The notes under the pieces were generated by a model, which did no database searches, had not been told where the DNA came from, and saw only the letters and a program-made list of their open reading frames with translations. Shown here piece by piece: positions 38,657 through 49,387 of a stretch of DNA of 64,000 nucleotides. Within the stretch, counting starts at the first letter, position 1; every line of letters begins with the position of its first letter. The translations under genes and the position numbers were made by a program. Origin of the DNA: a virus; the IMG/VR virus record IMGVR_UViG_3300045988_159436. One strand, given 5' to 3'.

Positions 38657-41625
38657 TTGGAGCTGTACTTGGATTTGTTTTTTCTGTAGCATCTTATGTA
38701 GTTAGTAGACGTGAAATGAAAAAAATGAAAAAGACTGCTAAAAGAACCTATTCTGATACGATGGCTACTGAAACATCTAATACAATGCCTATTCCTATTA
38801 TATATGGGACAGTAAAAAATGCAGGAAATTTAATTTATTCTAAATTATGGGATAATAACCAAAGAGTAGCAAAACTTATAGTATTTTGTGATGGTAAAAT
38901 AAAAGGAATAAGAGATATAAAATTAGATGATATAAATATAAATAGTTCAGATTTTGAAGGTGTAAGTTATAATACTTATATTGGAGATGGTGAGCAACTA
39001 ATTGATAGCAGGGTAGATGGTGTAAATAATTCCCAAAGAGCACAAAAAGTAGGTGGACTGAAATATGATGCTTATTTAGCCTTAGAAGCTAAAGCAAATG
39101 ATAAATTATCGGGCAATTTTAATGTTACAGCAATGATAGATGGTAAGATAGTAAAGTGCTATACATCAGAAACTGACTATTCAGAAAAATGGACTAATAA
39201 TCCTGCTTGGTGTGTGCTAGATTTTTTAACTTGCTATAATGGTGTAGGTCTTAGTATGGATGAGATTGATTTACCAAGTTTTATAGAGGCGGCAAGTTTT
39301 TATGACGAGAAAGACTATACATTAAATATATGTTTAGATGAAACTCAGTCAAGACTTGATTGGGTATCTACTATGTTAAATTGTTGTCGTTCAAGCTTAG
39401 TCTATAAAAATGGAAAATACTCTTTATTTGTTGAAAAGAAAGATGAAGTAGTACAAAGCTTTGACCCTGATTCTATAAATAATTTGGAGATTTGGTGGTC
39501 TCCTATGGAAGACATTCCAGATAGGATTTATGTTCAATATATAGACCCAGAAAATGAATGGGTGAAGGTTAACGCACAAGCAGAGGCAGTTAGTCCTTTG
39601 AGAAAACAGCCTAGAATAGAAACTTATGAATTATATGGTGTCACTAATTTTGACCAAGCTAGCAGATTGGCATGGTTTTATTTAAATCAAGCAATAACTT
39701 GTAAAATGTACGTAAGATTTAGTACAGATAGACGAGCTTTGAATAGAACAGTTGGAGATGTTATCAGTTTAACTGATTATATAACAGAGTTTCAAAATAA
39801 GCAGTTTAGAATTATAAAAATCACAGATAAACAAGATGGTGGAATAGAGCTTACTTGTAGAGAGTATAATCCAAGTATTTATAGTGAAGAAAAAGGAGCA
39901 ACAGAACCTGTAATAAATGATTCTACTTTAGCAGACCCTACAGAACCTCCACCAGCAGTTGTTTATTTAGATAATGAACAAGAATACTATGTACTTCCTG
40001 ATAAAACTGTTGTTTCAAGAATTTTTATTAAATATACATATCCAAGTTATTTTTATTCAAGAGGTGTGAGAGTTTGGTATAGATTGCAGGGGGATGAAAC
40101 TTGGTCATTTGGTGGAATATTTGATGACGGTTCTAATATTGCTGTAATCGAAAATATGGAAATTTTAAAAACTTATGAATTCAAATTAGTACATGAAAAT
40201 AGATATAATAAATTTTCAAATCCAACATATACGCCTTTAATTTTTATAACAGGAAATAATATAGCACCAGATATGCCACAAGATTTTGTTGGTTATGAAG
40301 CAGTAGGTGGGTTTAATTTAAGTTGGTCAGCAAATAAAGAAAGAGATATAGACCATTATGAATTATATTCTGGGGTTGTTTCAGAAAGCACTAAGATAGC
40401 AGATGTTACTGGAACAAGTTATTTTTACTCAACAGGTATGGGAGAATATAGATTCTTATTAATAGCTGTTGATACTATGGGAAATATGTCTGTTCCTGCA
40501 AAATTGGATTTACAAATTGCTAGACCTGCTAATGTTACAGGTTTTGATTGTGTACAAAATGAGCGTAATATAGAGTTTAGATGGAATAAAGTAAAAGGTG
40601 CTACTTATTATATAATAAGAGAGGGCTCTAGTTGGGAATATGGTAATTTTATAGGAAGTAGTGCTGGTCAAACATTTACATTGCCTTTTGCACAGGCAAC
40701 ACAAGTAGATTTTTGGATGAAAGCTTATACAGAATATGGTGTTCCTTGTGAGTTTGCTTCTTATTGTACTGTAAGAATAGCTTCTATTCCTAATAGAAAT
40801 ATGATTTATACTTATGATGCTGTAGAAGATGAGTGGAAAGGTATAAAATCATTTGGGCATATAAATGCTGGAGGATTTCAATTAGATGATAATAATTTAA
40901 GTGCAGAATATATTTATGAGATAGAGTTAGACCAAGAATACTGTTCAAGAAATTGGATAGAAAAAGTTATAAAACCTTTTAATCCAGAGAAGGAACAAAA
41001 ATGGAAAGATTTAAAATTTACTTGGAATTCTGAAACAGCTAAACAAACAACTTGGATGCCAGTTGGTACAGATTTTACTTTTAATAGTTCTACAGAGATT
41101 GCTGTATATTTAGGAGAAAAAGATTCTACATCAGTAGATTATTGGACATTAGATGAAACGCTTTTAAGCAATAAAGGAATTAAACCTAATCCTGATTATG
41201 GTATTGCTACTTATGGAATGGCGAGATTTCATAAAGGGTTATTAATGGATGGAAATAGTATGGTAAAATGGCAGGATATAAATATACCAAAAATATTTTC
41301 TCTTTCTGTTAATGTAAAAATTCCTATTGATTCTGATTATTCATATGCTATTTTAACTTTAAAAAACTCTAAGACTGGGGATTGGATGCTTTTAAGCTAT
41401 AGTAGTGATGGGGATAATTTTGTGTTAACTACTGATACTGGATTAGAAATATCGGCAGGAGACTTTTCATTTCCAAATGATAATTTAACTTTTATTTTAT
41501 CACAAGGAGATGGGTATTTAAATTTGATAGTGTATAGTTCTGTATTTTCTTTATTTAAAAATAATAAAATAGCGTATACAGATTATAAAACTTATGATAG
41601 TATTGCTTTATACAGCGATATTTAA
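38647..41625 (+). CDS. central tail fibre/host-specificity protein (gpJ-like) with FN3 domains
   Basis: size; two FN3-like modules. Confidence 0.55.
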   Translation: MGVVGAVLGFVFSVASYVVSRREMKKMKKTAKRTYSDTMATETSNTMPIPIIYGTVKNAGNLIYSKLWDNNQRVAKLIVFCDGKIKGIRDIKLDDININSSDFEGVSYNTYIGDGEQLIDSRVDGVNNSQRAQKVGGLKYDAYLALEAKANDKLSGNFNVTAMIDGKIVKCYTSETDYSEKWTNNPAWCVLDFLTCYNGVGLSMDEIDLPSFIEAASFYDEKDYTLNICLDETQSRLDWVSTMLNCCRSSLVYKNGKYSLFVEKKDEVVQSFDPDSINNLEIWWSPMEDIPDRIYVQYIDPENEWVKVNAQAEAVSPLRKQPRIETYELYGVTNFDQASRLAWFYLNQAITCKMYVRFSTDRRALNRTVGDVISLTDYITEFQNKQFRIIKITDKQDGGIELTCREYNPSIYSEEKGATEPVINDSTLADPTEPPPAVVYLDNEQEYYVLPDKTVVSRIFIKYTYPSYFYSRGVRVWYRLQGDETWSFGGIFDDGSNIAVIENMEILKTYEFKLVHENRYNKFSNPTYTPLIFITGNNIAPDMPQDFVGYEAVGGFNLSWSANKERDIDHYELYSGVVSESTKIADVTGTSYFYSTGMGEYRFLLIAVDTMGNMSVPAKLDLQIARPANVTGFDCVQNERNIEFRWNKVKGATYYIIREGSSWEYGNFIGSSAGQTFTLPFAQATQVDFWMKAYTEYGVPCEFASYCTVRIASIPNRNMIYTYDAVEDEWKGIKSFGHINAGGFQLDDNNLSAEYIYEIELDQEYCSRNWIEKVIKPFNPEKEQKWKDLKFTWNSETAKQTTWMPVGTDFTFNSSTEIAVYLGEKDSTSVDYWTLDETLLSNKGIKPNPDYGIATYGMARFHKGLLMDGNSMVKWQDINIPKIFSLSVNVKIPIDSDYSYAILTLKNSKTGDWMLLSYSSDGDNFVLTTDTGLEISAGDFSFPNDNLTFILSQGDGYLNLIVYSSVFSLFKNNKIAYTDYKTYDSIALYSDI

Positions 41626-41637
41626 GGAGGAAAATTA

Positions 41638-42096
41638 ATGTTTAATGAAAATATAGCTTTAGATTGTTCAATGGTTGGGGAGTTGTTTGATAAAGATGGA
41701 AATTTAAAGCAGTTAGTGGAAAAGCATAATATGATTTTGAATGCTGGATTTGATTTTATTTGTGATTGTATTGGAAAATCTTCTGGTAGACCTACAAATT
41801 TAACACATATTGCTGTAGGGACAGGTAGCGCTAGCACACTAGCTACAGATTTAGGGTTAAAACAAGAGTGTGTAAGAAGCACAGCAACTTATACGCATAC
41901 TAAAGGCACAAAATTTTTCACTATGGTAGCTACTTTTGCCCCTGGGGTTGGAACAGGTTCTTTGACTGAAACTGGGTTATGTAATGCTTCTTCTGGAGGG
42001 GTTACAATGGATAGAGTTGTTTTTCCAGTAGTAAATAAAGAAGCAACAGATACTTTTAAAGTGACATTCCAATTTAAATTAGCAGAAAAGGCATAA
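41638..42096 (+). CDS. hypothetical tail protein
   Basis: ORF track. Confidence 0.4.
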   Translation: MFNENIALDCSMVGELFDKDGNLKQLVEKHNMILNAGFDFICDCIGKSSGRPTNLTHIAVGTGSASTLATDLGLKQECVRSTATYTHTKGTKFFTMVATFAPGVGTGSLTETGLCNASSGGVTMDRVVFPVVNKEATDTFKVTFQFKLAEKA

Positions 42097-42100
42097 ATAA

Positions 42101-43168
42101 ATGCCAACAGTAGAGATTTATACAGATGAGCCTAGACAAGCCAGAATAAATGAGATTCCTTTAAAAATTAATACAATACATAAAAAAATCAAGGATTTTA
42201 GATTACAGGATAAGGGCGTAAGAATTGCTTATGATTTAGAGCTTAATGATACAGTATCTCGACAAGTTTCTTTTGAAAGAAGTTTTAAAGAAGAATTAGA
42301 AATAGAAGATAAGATTACTAAATTTTTTGAGAAAAAAACAGTATATAATTTAGAGACAGAAGAAATAGCAGAAAAGTTTACAGAAAAATTCTTTGAAAGC
42401 AGGATAGAAATTCAGGAATCTTTGAATAAAATATACGAATTAAATTTAGTAGAAGAATTAGAAATAGAAGATAAGATTACTAAATTTTTTGAGAAAAAAA
42501 CAGTATATAATTTAGAGACAGAAGAAATAGCAGAAAAGTTTACAGAAAAATTCTTTGAAAGCAGGATAGAAATTCAGGAATCTTTGAATAAAATATACGA
42601 ATTAAATTTAGTAGAAGAATTAGAAATAGAAGAATTAAAAGCTAAAGAATTGAGTAAGACATTTGAAGTATTTGTAGAATTAATAGAGATTTATTTAAGA
42701 CATGCTGGAACTGTATTAAGTGATTTAACTCTTTATAATGTTGCTTTAAATGAAACAAATTTTGACCAAGCAATAACTCCTGCTGGATATGATAGATTTA
42801 AAACAATGTTAACTGGGGATTATATTTACCAAAAAGCTTTATTTAGGTTTATTTTATCCGCTACAACTACAAGCGGTGAAAGACCAAATACAAGGGAGTA
42901 TATGCATAAAGTAGATGTTCCTGATACCTTTGAGACAGGAACAATAGAATTTGAGACTAATTGGAATCCTGCTACATATGAATTTAGTAGAGAATTTCAC
43001 ATTGTGCCAGAAGTTACCTATACTATTATTAGAGTTGAAAATATGGAAGAATTAAATCAAGCAGTAGTTTTACCAATAGAAGTTACAACTAAACATATAA
43101 TCGCACAATTAAAAGTTGGCAGTAAATATGTTAATGGTGCCGTTTCATTTTCTGCTAGAGGATATTAA
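42101..43168 (+). CDS. tail-associated protein containing perfect 168-bp (56-aa) tandem duplication
   Basis: 42289-42456 == 42457-42624. Confidence 0.5.
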   Translation: MPTVEIYTDEPRQARINEIPLKINTIHKKIKDFRLQDKGVRIAYDLELNDTVSRQVSFERSFKEELEIEDKITKFFEKKTVYNLETEEIAEKFTEKFFESRIEIQESLNKIYELNLVEELEIEDKITKFFEKKTVYNLETEEIAEKFTEKFFESRIEIQESLNKIYELNLVEELEIEELKAKELSKTFEVFVELIEIYLRHAGTVLSDLTLYNVALNETNFDQAITPAGYDRFKTMLTGDYIYQKALFRFILSATTTSGERPNTREYMHKVDVPDTFETGTIEFETNWNPATYEFSREFHIVPEVTYTIIRVENMEELNQAVVLPIEVTTKHIIAQLKVGSKYVNGAVSFSARGY

Positions 43169-43179
43169 GGAGGGATAAT

Positions 43180-43788
43180 ATGCAAAAATTAGTTACGATT
43201 GAAGAGGCTTGGACGTTAGCAAATTCATTAGGTTATATAAATGATAATTTTAGAAGTTTATTAACAAATAATGCTGGAACAGCATTTCCTTCTACAGAGT
43301 TAGAGTTAGGGATGTCTTGTTTTCGAACTGACCAGTTAAAAATGTATAATTTAGTAAATGTAGAAAGAGAGATTTGGGTTTTAACAATGGATTTAACTCA
43401 AACATATGTTACTAAAGAATATGTAGATAATATTAAAATACCATTGAGTAGGGTTACGGATTTAATTGATTCTGTTACAAATAAAATTAAAGATAATTTA
43501 ATTAATTCTGGATTAGATAATGGACAAGTAGTTGTGGTTGGGGATGGAAACAAAATTGCTACTTCTTTAATTGATACTGGAACTGCATCTGGACAAATTC
43601 CAATAATCAATAAAAATAATAAAGTTGAAATGGGATTAATTGATACAGGAACAACAGCAGGAAAAATTCCTATGCTTCAAGCCGAAGGTAAATTGCCTGC
43701 ATCTACATTGCCTAACAATTTAGCAACTTTTAATGATGCAGGAGAATTAGTATTTCCAAATAAAAATAGAATATTTGTAGGTAGTTAA
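43180..43788 (+). CDS. tail fibre-like protein
   Basis: ORF track. Confidence 0.4.
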   Translation: MQKLVTIEEAWTLANSLGYINDNFRSLLTNNAGTAFPSTELELGMSCFRTDQLKMYNLVNVEREIWVLTMDLTQTYVTKEYVDNIKIPLSRVTDLIDSVTNKIKDNLINSGLDNGQVVVVGDGNKIATSLIDTGTASGQIPIINKNNKVEMGLIDTGTTAGKIPMLQAEGKLPASTLPNNLATFNDAGELVFPNKNRIFVGS

Positions 43789-43789
43789 T

Positions 43790-45082
43790 ATGTCTAATGT
43801 AGATAGCAAGAATAAATTAAAAATGGTTATAGGGGGCGTTAAATATGGACTCCCTCTTTACGATAGTTATAATGATTTTTATAATAAAAAGTATGCAACA
43901 ATTTTATTGTCAAATGGAGATATCAGGTATATTGGATTGACACCAGATAGGTCAGATTTGACGGTTAATGCAGGATGTTATTTATCAGATAAAAAGCATT
44001 ATTTTCTTATAAGAGAAATAACTTCTAATTCAATTAATGCAGGAGGAAGTTTTTGGCAATATATTGCAAATAGTCAAACATTTCAATACCAGAAAATTAT
44101 TTCTACAATGGCTTATGCCCCTGAAAGCGGAATTTATAGAGTTGTTTTTAAAATAAAATGGTCTGGAAGTTATAATGATTATCATAATTATAGATACAAT
44201 AGTTTCTATAGATTCACTGTAAAACAAGGCGATAAAGTTCTAGCAGATACTGGTGAACATAGTTTAGCAGAAAGTATTTTTTATCCTTATTCTACTGGGA
44301 ATGCCTCACAATCTTCACAGGCAAGTGTTGCTAAATGGATGACATTAGGGGAACAGAGATTGTATTTAAAAGCTGGAAGTAATGCTTTTGATTTATGGTT
44401 AGGAATGCGTTTTGATAATAATAAACATGCCGCCGCATATGTTTCTCCTTTTCAAGTAGAAGCAACATATTTAAATTCTAATCAATTAGATGCTTTTTAT
44501 GATGATGGTATATTTAAATGCCCAGATAATGTTGATAAAATAAATGTTATAATGGCGGGTGGCGGTGGCGGTGGCGGCGCCTTAGTTCGTGTAAAGTATA
44601 AAAGTTATTCTGAACATTCAACTAATGTTTCATATTCTTATGGTTCTAATGATGGAAGTGATGGTCAATTTATAAATCGAGAAATTGCAGTTACTCCAAA
44701 TGCTTCGTATCCTGTTTTTATCGGAAAAGGTGGAGCCGCTAGTACCGATAATTTAAAAATAGAACTTGGAGAATATACTTTTTCCACTCCTGGGAATTAT
44801 GCCGCAGGAGATGGAAAAGATGGAACAGCTACTACTGCCTTTGGGCTTACTGCTAATGGAGGTAAAGGTGGTTATGGAGGACTTTTAACCATTTATGATT
44901 CTCACCGCACAAGAGAATTTATAAAAAGACCCCCAACAACTACAGAAAGTGCTAATGGAGGTAAAGGTGGTTCTTTAGTTACTCAATCATGGGGTGGAAT
45001 ATTTGACAGATATACAGGAGACATGAAAAATGCTTCAAATGGAGGCAATGGATATGTAAAGATAGAGTATTCAAAAAATTGA
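43790..45082 (+). CDS. glycine-rich tail fibre/receptor-binding protein (GGGGGGGAL, GGKGGYGG)
   Basis: Gly-rich motifs. Confidence 0.45.
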   Translation: MSNVDSKNKLKMVIGGVKYGLPLYDSYNDFYNKKYATILLSNGDIRYIGLTPDRSDLTVNAGCYLSDKKHYFLIREITSNSINAGGSFWQYIANSQTFQYQKIISTMAYAPESGIYRVVFKIKWSGSYNDYHNYRYNSFYRFTVKQGDKVLADTGEHSLAESIFYPYSTGNASQSSQASVAKWMTLGEQRLYLKAGSNAFDLWLGMRFDNNKHAAAYVSPFQVEATYLNSNQLDAFYDDGIFKCPDNVDKINVIMAGGGGGGGALVRVKYKSYSEHSTNVSYSYGSNDGSDGQFINREIAVTPNASYPVFIGKGGAASTDNLKIELGEYTFSTPGNYAAGDGKDGTATTAFGLTANGGKGGYGGLLTIYDSHRTREFIKRPPTTTESANGGKGGSLVTQSWGGIFDRYTGDMKNASNGGNGYVKIEYSKN

Positions 45083-45092
45083 GGTGATATAG

Positions 45093-45521
45093 TTGGCATA
45101 CCAAAAATTTACTGGTGAAGAATTTATTGATACAGAATTAACACCAAAATTAAATGATAATTTTGATGCTGTACGTTCTGGGAATGCAGGAACAGTTTTC
45201 CCAACAGAAAATTTAGTAATTGGAATGAAATTTTTTGATACAAGTTCAAATAAAGAATATACTTTAGTTAATTTAAATCCTATAGAATGGAAAAAATTAG
45301 GTGGAACAGTAATAAGAAGAACGTTTACTTTAGCAGATTGGGTAAAGAGCGGGAATAATTATATTTATAATCTTGGAGATGGACAGTATTCGGTAACTGG
45401 GGTAGGAGCGCAAAGTGGGAGCTCTTATAAGAGTGTGTTGATAGATGTTACTAATAATAACTTAGTTTCCATATCTGTTTTTAGTGGATACGTAGATTAT
45501 ACAGAATATAATGAAGAGTAG
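45093..45521 (+). CDS. tail fibre N-terminal anchor protein (paralog of N-terminus of 52692 fibre)
   Basis: MAYQKFTGEEFIDTELTPKLNDNFDAV vs MAYEAFTGEEYIDTDLVAKLNQNYDAC. Confidence 0.5.
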   Translation: MAYQKFTGEEFIDTELTPKLNDNFDAVRSGNAGTVFPTENLVIGMKFFDTSSNKEYTLVNLNPIEWKKLGGTVIRRTFTLADWVKSGNNYIYNLGDGQYSVTGVGAQSGSSYKSVLIDVTNNNLVSISVFSGYVDYTEYNEE

Positions 45522-45533
45522 GAGTGATAATTT

Positions 45534-47348
45534 TTGGAACATATAACTAAACAAGAAGATGTAACAGTAACTAGAATAGTAAGCTCTTTAAATACTTTAG
45601 ATGATGAAAATATGGTGGTAGTGTCCACTACAGAGCCAGAGAAGAAAAAAGATGGATTAATATGGGTTAATCCAAATCAAGAAGAAGCGGAAAAATTGGT
45701 TTATGTAGGACATACAGTTGGTGACATTTATCCCATTAGTTATACAGAGTTAGATTCAGGTCAGTTAATATTAAATGGTCAGTTAATAAGCAGAGAAATA
45801 TATGGTGTGTTATGGGATTGGTTGCAAAAACACCCTAGTTTAATAAAAACAGAAGTAGAGTGGAATGCATATTTAGCATCAACAAATAATGTATGTTGCC
45901 CATATTTTAGTATGGGAACTACTGAAACTAATTTTAGATTGCCTAAATATAGTGGAGTATTTATTAGAGCTGATTCTGATATAACTAAAATTAATCAATT
46001 TAGTGAAGATACACAAAGAAATATTCTTGGACAATTTACAACTTTTCGTACAAGTTGGGATGATGGTACTGGAGAATTACTTTTTGGAGTGAGTGGAGCT
46101 TTTGCAAAAGTAGAAACTGGTAATAATATGGACAGTATTCATCAAGATGGCTCAGACAGACAACAGCAAACTATAAATTTCGACGCTTCACGTTCAGTAG
46201 GCGCAGAGCATACTGGCGAAGAAGTAAAACCTAAATCAATAAATCAAATATGGGTTATTCAAGCTGTAGGAACTATTACTAATCAAACAAGTATTGATGT
46301 AAGTGCTATTCAAGAAGAAGTGCAACAATTAATGGATTTTGGGAATTATCAAGTAGCTTGCATTAAGGATAAATCCAATTATTTTTCAAGAGATAGTTTA
46401 TTTACTTCAAACAAAACGTCTATTGTTATTCCTAAGAATATGCGGATAAATATAAATGGAGAGGCTTATATAAGCACACGTAATGTCACTCTTAATACTT
46501 CAACATTAGGTGAAAATCTAGCGGGTAAAGATGTTTATATTTATGCCTTAGCAGGTTCTGGAACAGAGCCAGATTTTGTATTATCTTTAAATAGTACAGT
46601 TCCTACAGGATATACAGCAGAAAATAGCCGTAAAATAGGTGGTTTTCATTGTTTATGTAAAGATGTTGGGATTATAGAAGGGCATGCTTTATCTGGATAT
46701 GTTGCAGGGGATATCTTACCAGCAACAAGATGGGATTTAGAACACCGCCCAAAAGGAAATCCAGAAGGATTTGCTTATGAAGAATTAACGGATTGTTGGA
46801 TTGCGATTTATCTGCCAAGTTGGGACGGAACTAAATTAGTCAGTGTTTATAATGGAGTTATTGCTGATGGAAGCTCTGCTAAAAAATGGCATGGAGAAGC
46901 TTTTTATGAGCAATTTGTAAAACAAGGAATGCGTTTAGTTTGGCGGCACGAATTTCAAATGGGAGCAAAAGGTTCTAATGAACAAACAAATATTCAAGGT
47001 TCATCTGACCCTAATACTACAGGTGGGCATGTAGATACGGCTGGAAGAAGAATGATTAGTAATATAGGATTAGAAGATTGTTGTGGTGTATTATGGCAAT
47101 TTTCAATGGATTTAGGCTTTGCTGGCGGGTCTGGTTGGACAAATTCTACTTATAACTCTAATGTAGACGATAGAAGTTATGGACGAACATATGGAACGCT
47201 TTATCGCTTGCTGTTGGGTTCTAGCTGGAATGTTGGCTCGTATTGCGGTTCTCGTTCGGCTAATTGCAATGATTCTTCGGCTTATGTGTCTGTCCACAAC
47301 TCTTCTCGTAGTGCGTCTGAGCCGAGAATTGAAAATTTGAGAAACTAA
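45534..47348 (+). CDS. DGR target protein: receptor-binding protein with C-terminal C-type-lectin-like variable region
   Basis: VR occupies last ~37 codons. Confidence 0.8.
   Translation: MEHITKQEDVTVTRIVSSLNTLDDENMVVVSTTEPEKKKDGLIWVNPNQEEAEKLVYVGHTVGDIYPISYTELDSGQLILNGQLISREIYGVLWDWLQKHPSLIKTEVEWNAYLASTNNVCCPYFSMGTTETNFRLPKYSGVFIRADSDITKINQFSEDTQRNILGQFTTFRTSWDDGTGELLFGVSGAFAKVETGNNMDSIHQDGSDRQQQTINFDASRSVGAEHTGEEVKPKSINQIWVIQAVGTITNQTSIDVSAIQEEVQQLMDFGNYQVACIKDKSNYFSRDSLFTSNKTSIVIPKNMRININGEAYISTRNVTLNTSTLGENLAGKDVYIYALAGSGTEPDFVLSLNSTVPTGYTAENSRKIGGFHCLCKDVGIIEGHALSGYVAGDILPATRWDLEHRPKGNPEGFAYEELTDCWIAIYLPSWDGTKLVSVYNGVIADGSSAKKWHGEAFYEQFVKQGMRLVWRHEFQMGAKGSNEQTNIQGSSDPNTTGGHVDTAGRRMISNIGLEDCCGVLWQFSMDLGFAGGSGWTNSTYNSNVDDRSYGRTYGTLYRLLLGSSWNVGSYCGSRSANCNDSSAYVSVHNSSRSASEPRIENLRN
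47208..47320 (+). repeat. DGR variable repeat (VR)
   Basis: 113 nt; 15 mismatches to TR, all at TR adenines. Confidence 0.85.
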
Positions 47349-47495
47349 GAAACCGAGAAAAAGTTTGGATAGTTGGACAGAGAGGTCTAGAAACCGAGAG
47401 ACCGAGACTAAAATTTTTAGTTGTGAGAAAATAAAGAAGATTATATAATAATATTATATAAGGGCATATATGATACTTAGATTGGCAAGATTTTT

Positions 47496-47608
47496 TTGCT
47501 GTTGAGTTCTAACTGGAATAATGGCACGAATTGCAGTTCTCGTTCAGCTAATTGCAATGATTCATCAGCTAATGTGAATGTCAACAACTCTTCTCGTAGT
47601 ACGTCTGA
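47496..47608 (+). repeat. DGR template repeat (TR)
   Basis: non-coding copy, Asn-codon (AAY) rich in VR frame. Confidence 0.85.
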
Positions 47609-47759
47609 TACGTGGGTGATTTTAAAGCAGGTGCGGCTTACCCTCGGCTGATTATATATGCCTCACTGAAAAGTGAAATACAAAACAGGGAGAAATAGGG
47701 GCTAGTAAAGTAATTGAACGTCCTTATTTCTAAATTTTATTAAATTAAAAGGATAATTA

Positions 47760-48776
47760 ATGAAAAGAAAAGGAAATTTATGGACTAAAATAATAGACAA
47801 AAGCAATTTATATTTGGCTTTTGAGAAAGCTAAAAGACATAAAAGTTGGCAAAGAAAGGTTAAAATTATAGAAGCAAATTTAGATTATTATATTGAAAAG
47901 TTACAAAATGATTTGATAACAGGTCAATATAAAACTGCTGAATATAAGTTAAAAACAATTTATGAGCCAAAGAAAAGAGATATTTATATTTTGCCATTTT
48001 ATCCAGATAGGATAGTTCATCACGCTATTATGAATGTTTTAGAGCCTATATGGGATAATAGATTTATTTATAATAGTTATGCTTGTCGAAAAAATAAAGG
48101 TCAACATAAAGGCAGTATAAAATGTATGGAATACACTAGAAAGTTTAAATATTGTTTGAAATGTGATATAAGTAAATTTTATCCTTCTATTAATCACAGG
48201 CTTCTAAAGAAAGTGATACGTAAAAAAATAAAATGTAAAAAGACTTTAAATTTATTAGATGAGATAATTGATAGTGTTGATACGCCTGTAAATGTTCCTA
48301 TAGGAAATTATTTAAGTCAGTGGTTTGGAAACTTATATTTAAATGAGTTAGATGTTTTTCTAAAGCAAGAGAATTGTGTAAAAAATTATTTAAGATATTG
48401 CGATGATTTTTTATTATTTTCTGATGATAAAACATATTTAAATAAAATGGCTAAAATAATAAATGAATATGTAGTTAATATTTTAGAATTAAAACTTAGC
48501 AAATGTGTTTTGTTTCCAACAGCACAAGGAGTTGATTTTTTAGGATATAGACATTTCCATGCTGGTTATGTTTTGGTAAGAAAATCAACAGCTAAAAGAA
48601 TGAAGCGTAGGATTAAAAGATTAAAATATGAATTATTAAAGAATAAAATAAGTCAAGATAAGGCTTTATCTGTTGTAGCAAGTTTATCTGGGGGGTTAAG
48701 ATGGGCTAATAGTTACAATTTAAAAATGTCTTTAGAGCTAGAATTATTAAAAAAGGAATTAGGAGGAAACTCTTAG
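47760..48776 (+). CDS. DGR reverse transcriptase
   Basis: PIGNYLSQWFGNLYLNELD and YCDDFLLF motifs. Confidence 0.85.
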   Translation: MKRKGNLWTKIIDKSNLYLAFEKAKRHKSWQRKVKIIEANLDYYIEKLQNDLITGQYKTAEYKLKTIYEPKKRDIYILPFYPDRIVHHAIMNVLEPIWDNRFIYNSYACRKNKGQHKGSIKCMEYTRKFKYCLKCDISKFYPSINHRLLKKVIRKKIKCKKTLNLLDEIIDSVDTPVNVPIGNYLSQWFGNLYLNELDVFLKQENCVKNYLRYCDDFLLFSDDKTYLNKMAKIINEYVVNILELKLSKCVLFPTAQGVDFLGYRHFHAGYVLVRKSTAKRMKRRIKRLKYELLKNKISQDKALSVVASLSGGLRWANSYNLKMSLELELLKKELGGNS

Positions 48777-49055
48777 GTGGACAAGTTCAGTAGTTTTGCA
48801 GAAGAAAGATTAGTTGGAGATAAGGTTAGTGTTTCTGACATTTTAAATAAAGAAATAACAGTTTTATCTTATAAAATAATGAAAAGTAAAATAGAAGATG
48901 ATAATTATGCTCAAATTCAAATTGAAATAAATGGTGAAAAGAAAGTTGTATTTACAAGTTCTAAAGTTTTAAAAGACCAATTAGAAACTTATAAAGACCA
49001 TATTCCTTTTATTGCAACAATAATTAAAACAAGAAAATATTTTTCTTTTAGTTAA
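48777..49055 (+). CDS. hypothetical protein (possible DGR accessory)
   Basis: immediately downstream of RT. Confidence 0.35.
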   Translation: MDKFSSFAEERLVGDKVSVSDILNKEITVLSYKIMKSKIEDDNYAQIQIEINGEKKVVFTSSKVLKDQLETYKDHIPFIATIIKTRKYFSFS

Positions 49056-49067
49056 GGGGGAAATGTA

Positions 49068-49355
49068 ATGATAGGCTATCCAAAACATTTAAATACAAAA
49101 GCAGATTATGAATATGTAAAAAGTAATTTTCCAAAGGAAATGTGGGAAAATGATTTTCGTGTTTTATTGGAGACCGCACATGATTGGTTTTTTATTAGAG
49201 AATTAGAAAAAGGAGAGGTTCCTGTATTATTAGAAAATCAAAAGATAGAAAAAACGGAAGAAAAAGATTGTTTATTTGAATATAAATATGATGAAAATTG
49301 CACATTAAATAGATTAGGATTTACAATAGAAGAAATTGAAGAATATTTAAAATAA
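49068..49355 (+). CDS. hypothetical protein
   Basis: ORF track. Confidence 0.4.
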   Translation: MIGYPKHLNTKADYEYVKSNFPKEMWENDFRVLLETAHDWFFIRELEKGEVPVLLENQKIEKTEEKDCLFEYKYDENCTLNRLGFTIEEIEEYLK

Positions 49356-49358
49356 TAG

Positions 49359-49387
49359 TTGACAATTTTTACATAATATGGTATAAT
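49359..49387 (+). promoter_or_regulatory. sigma70-type promoter
   Basis: TTGACA-17-TGgTATAAT. Confidence 0.65.

Noticed and set aside
42283-42624. Possible CRISPR-like repeat array
   Set aside because: Only two long (168 bp) identical units, in frame inside a protein-coding gene; a tandem duplication, not repeat-spacer architecture.
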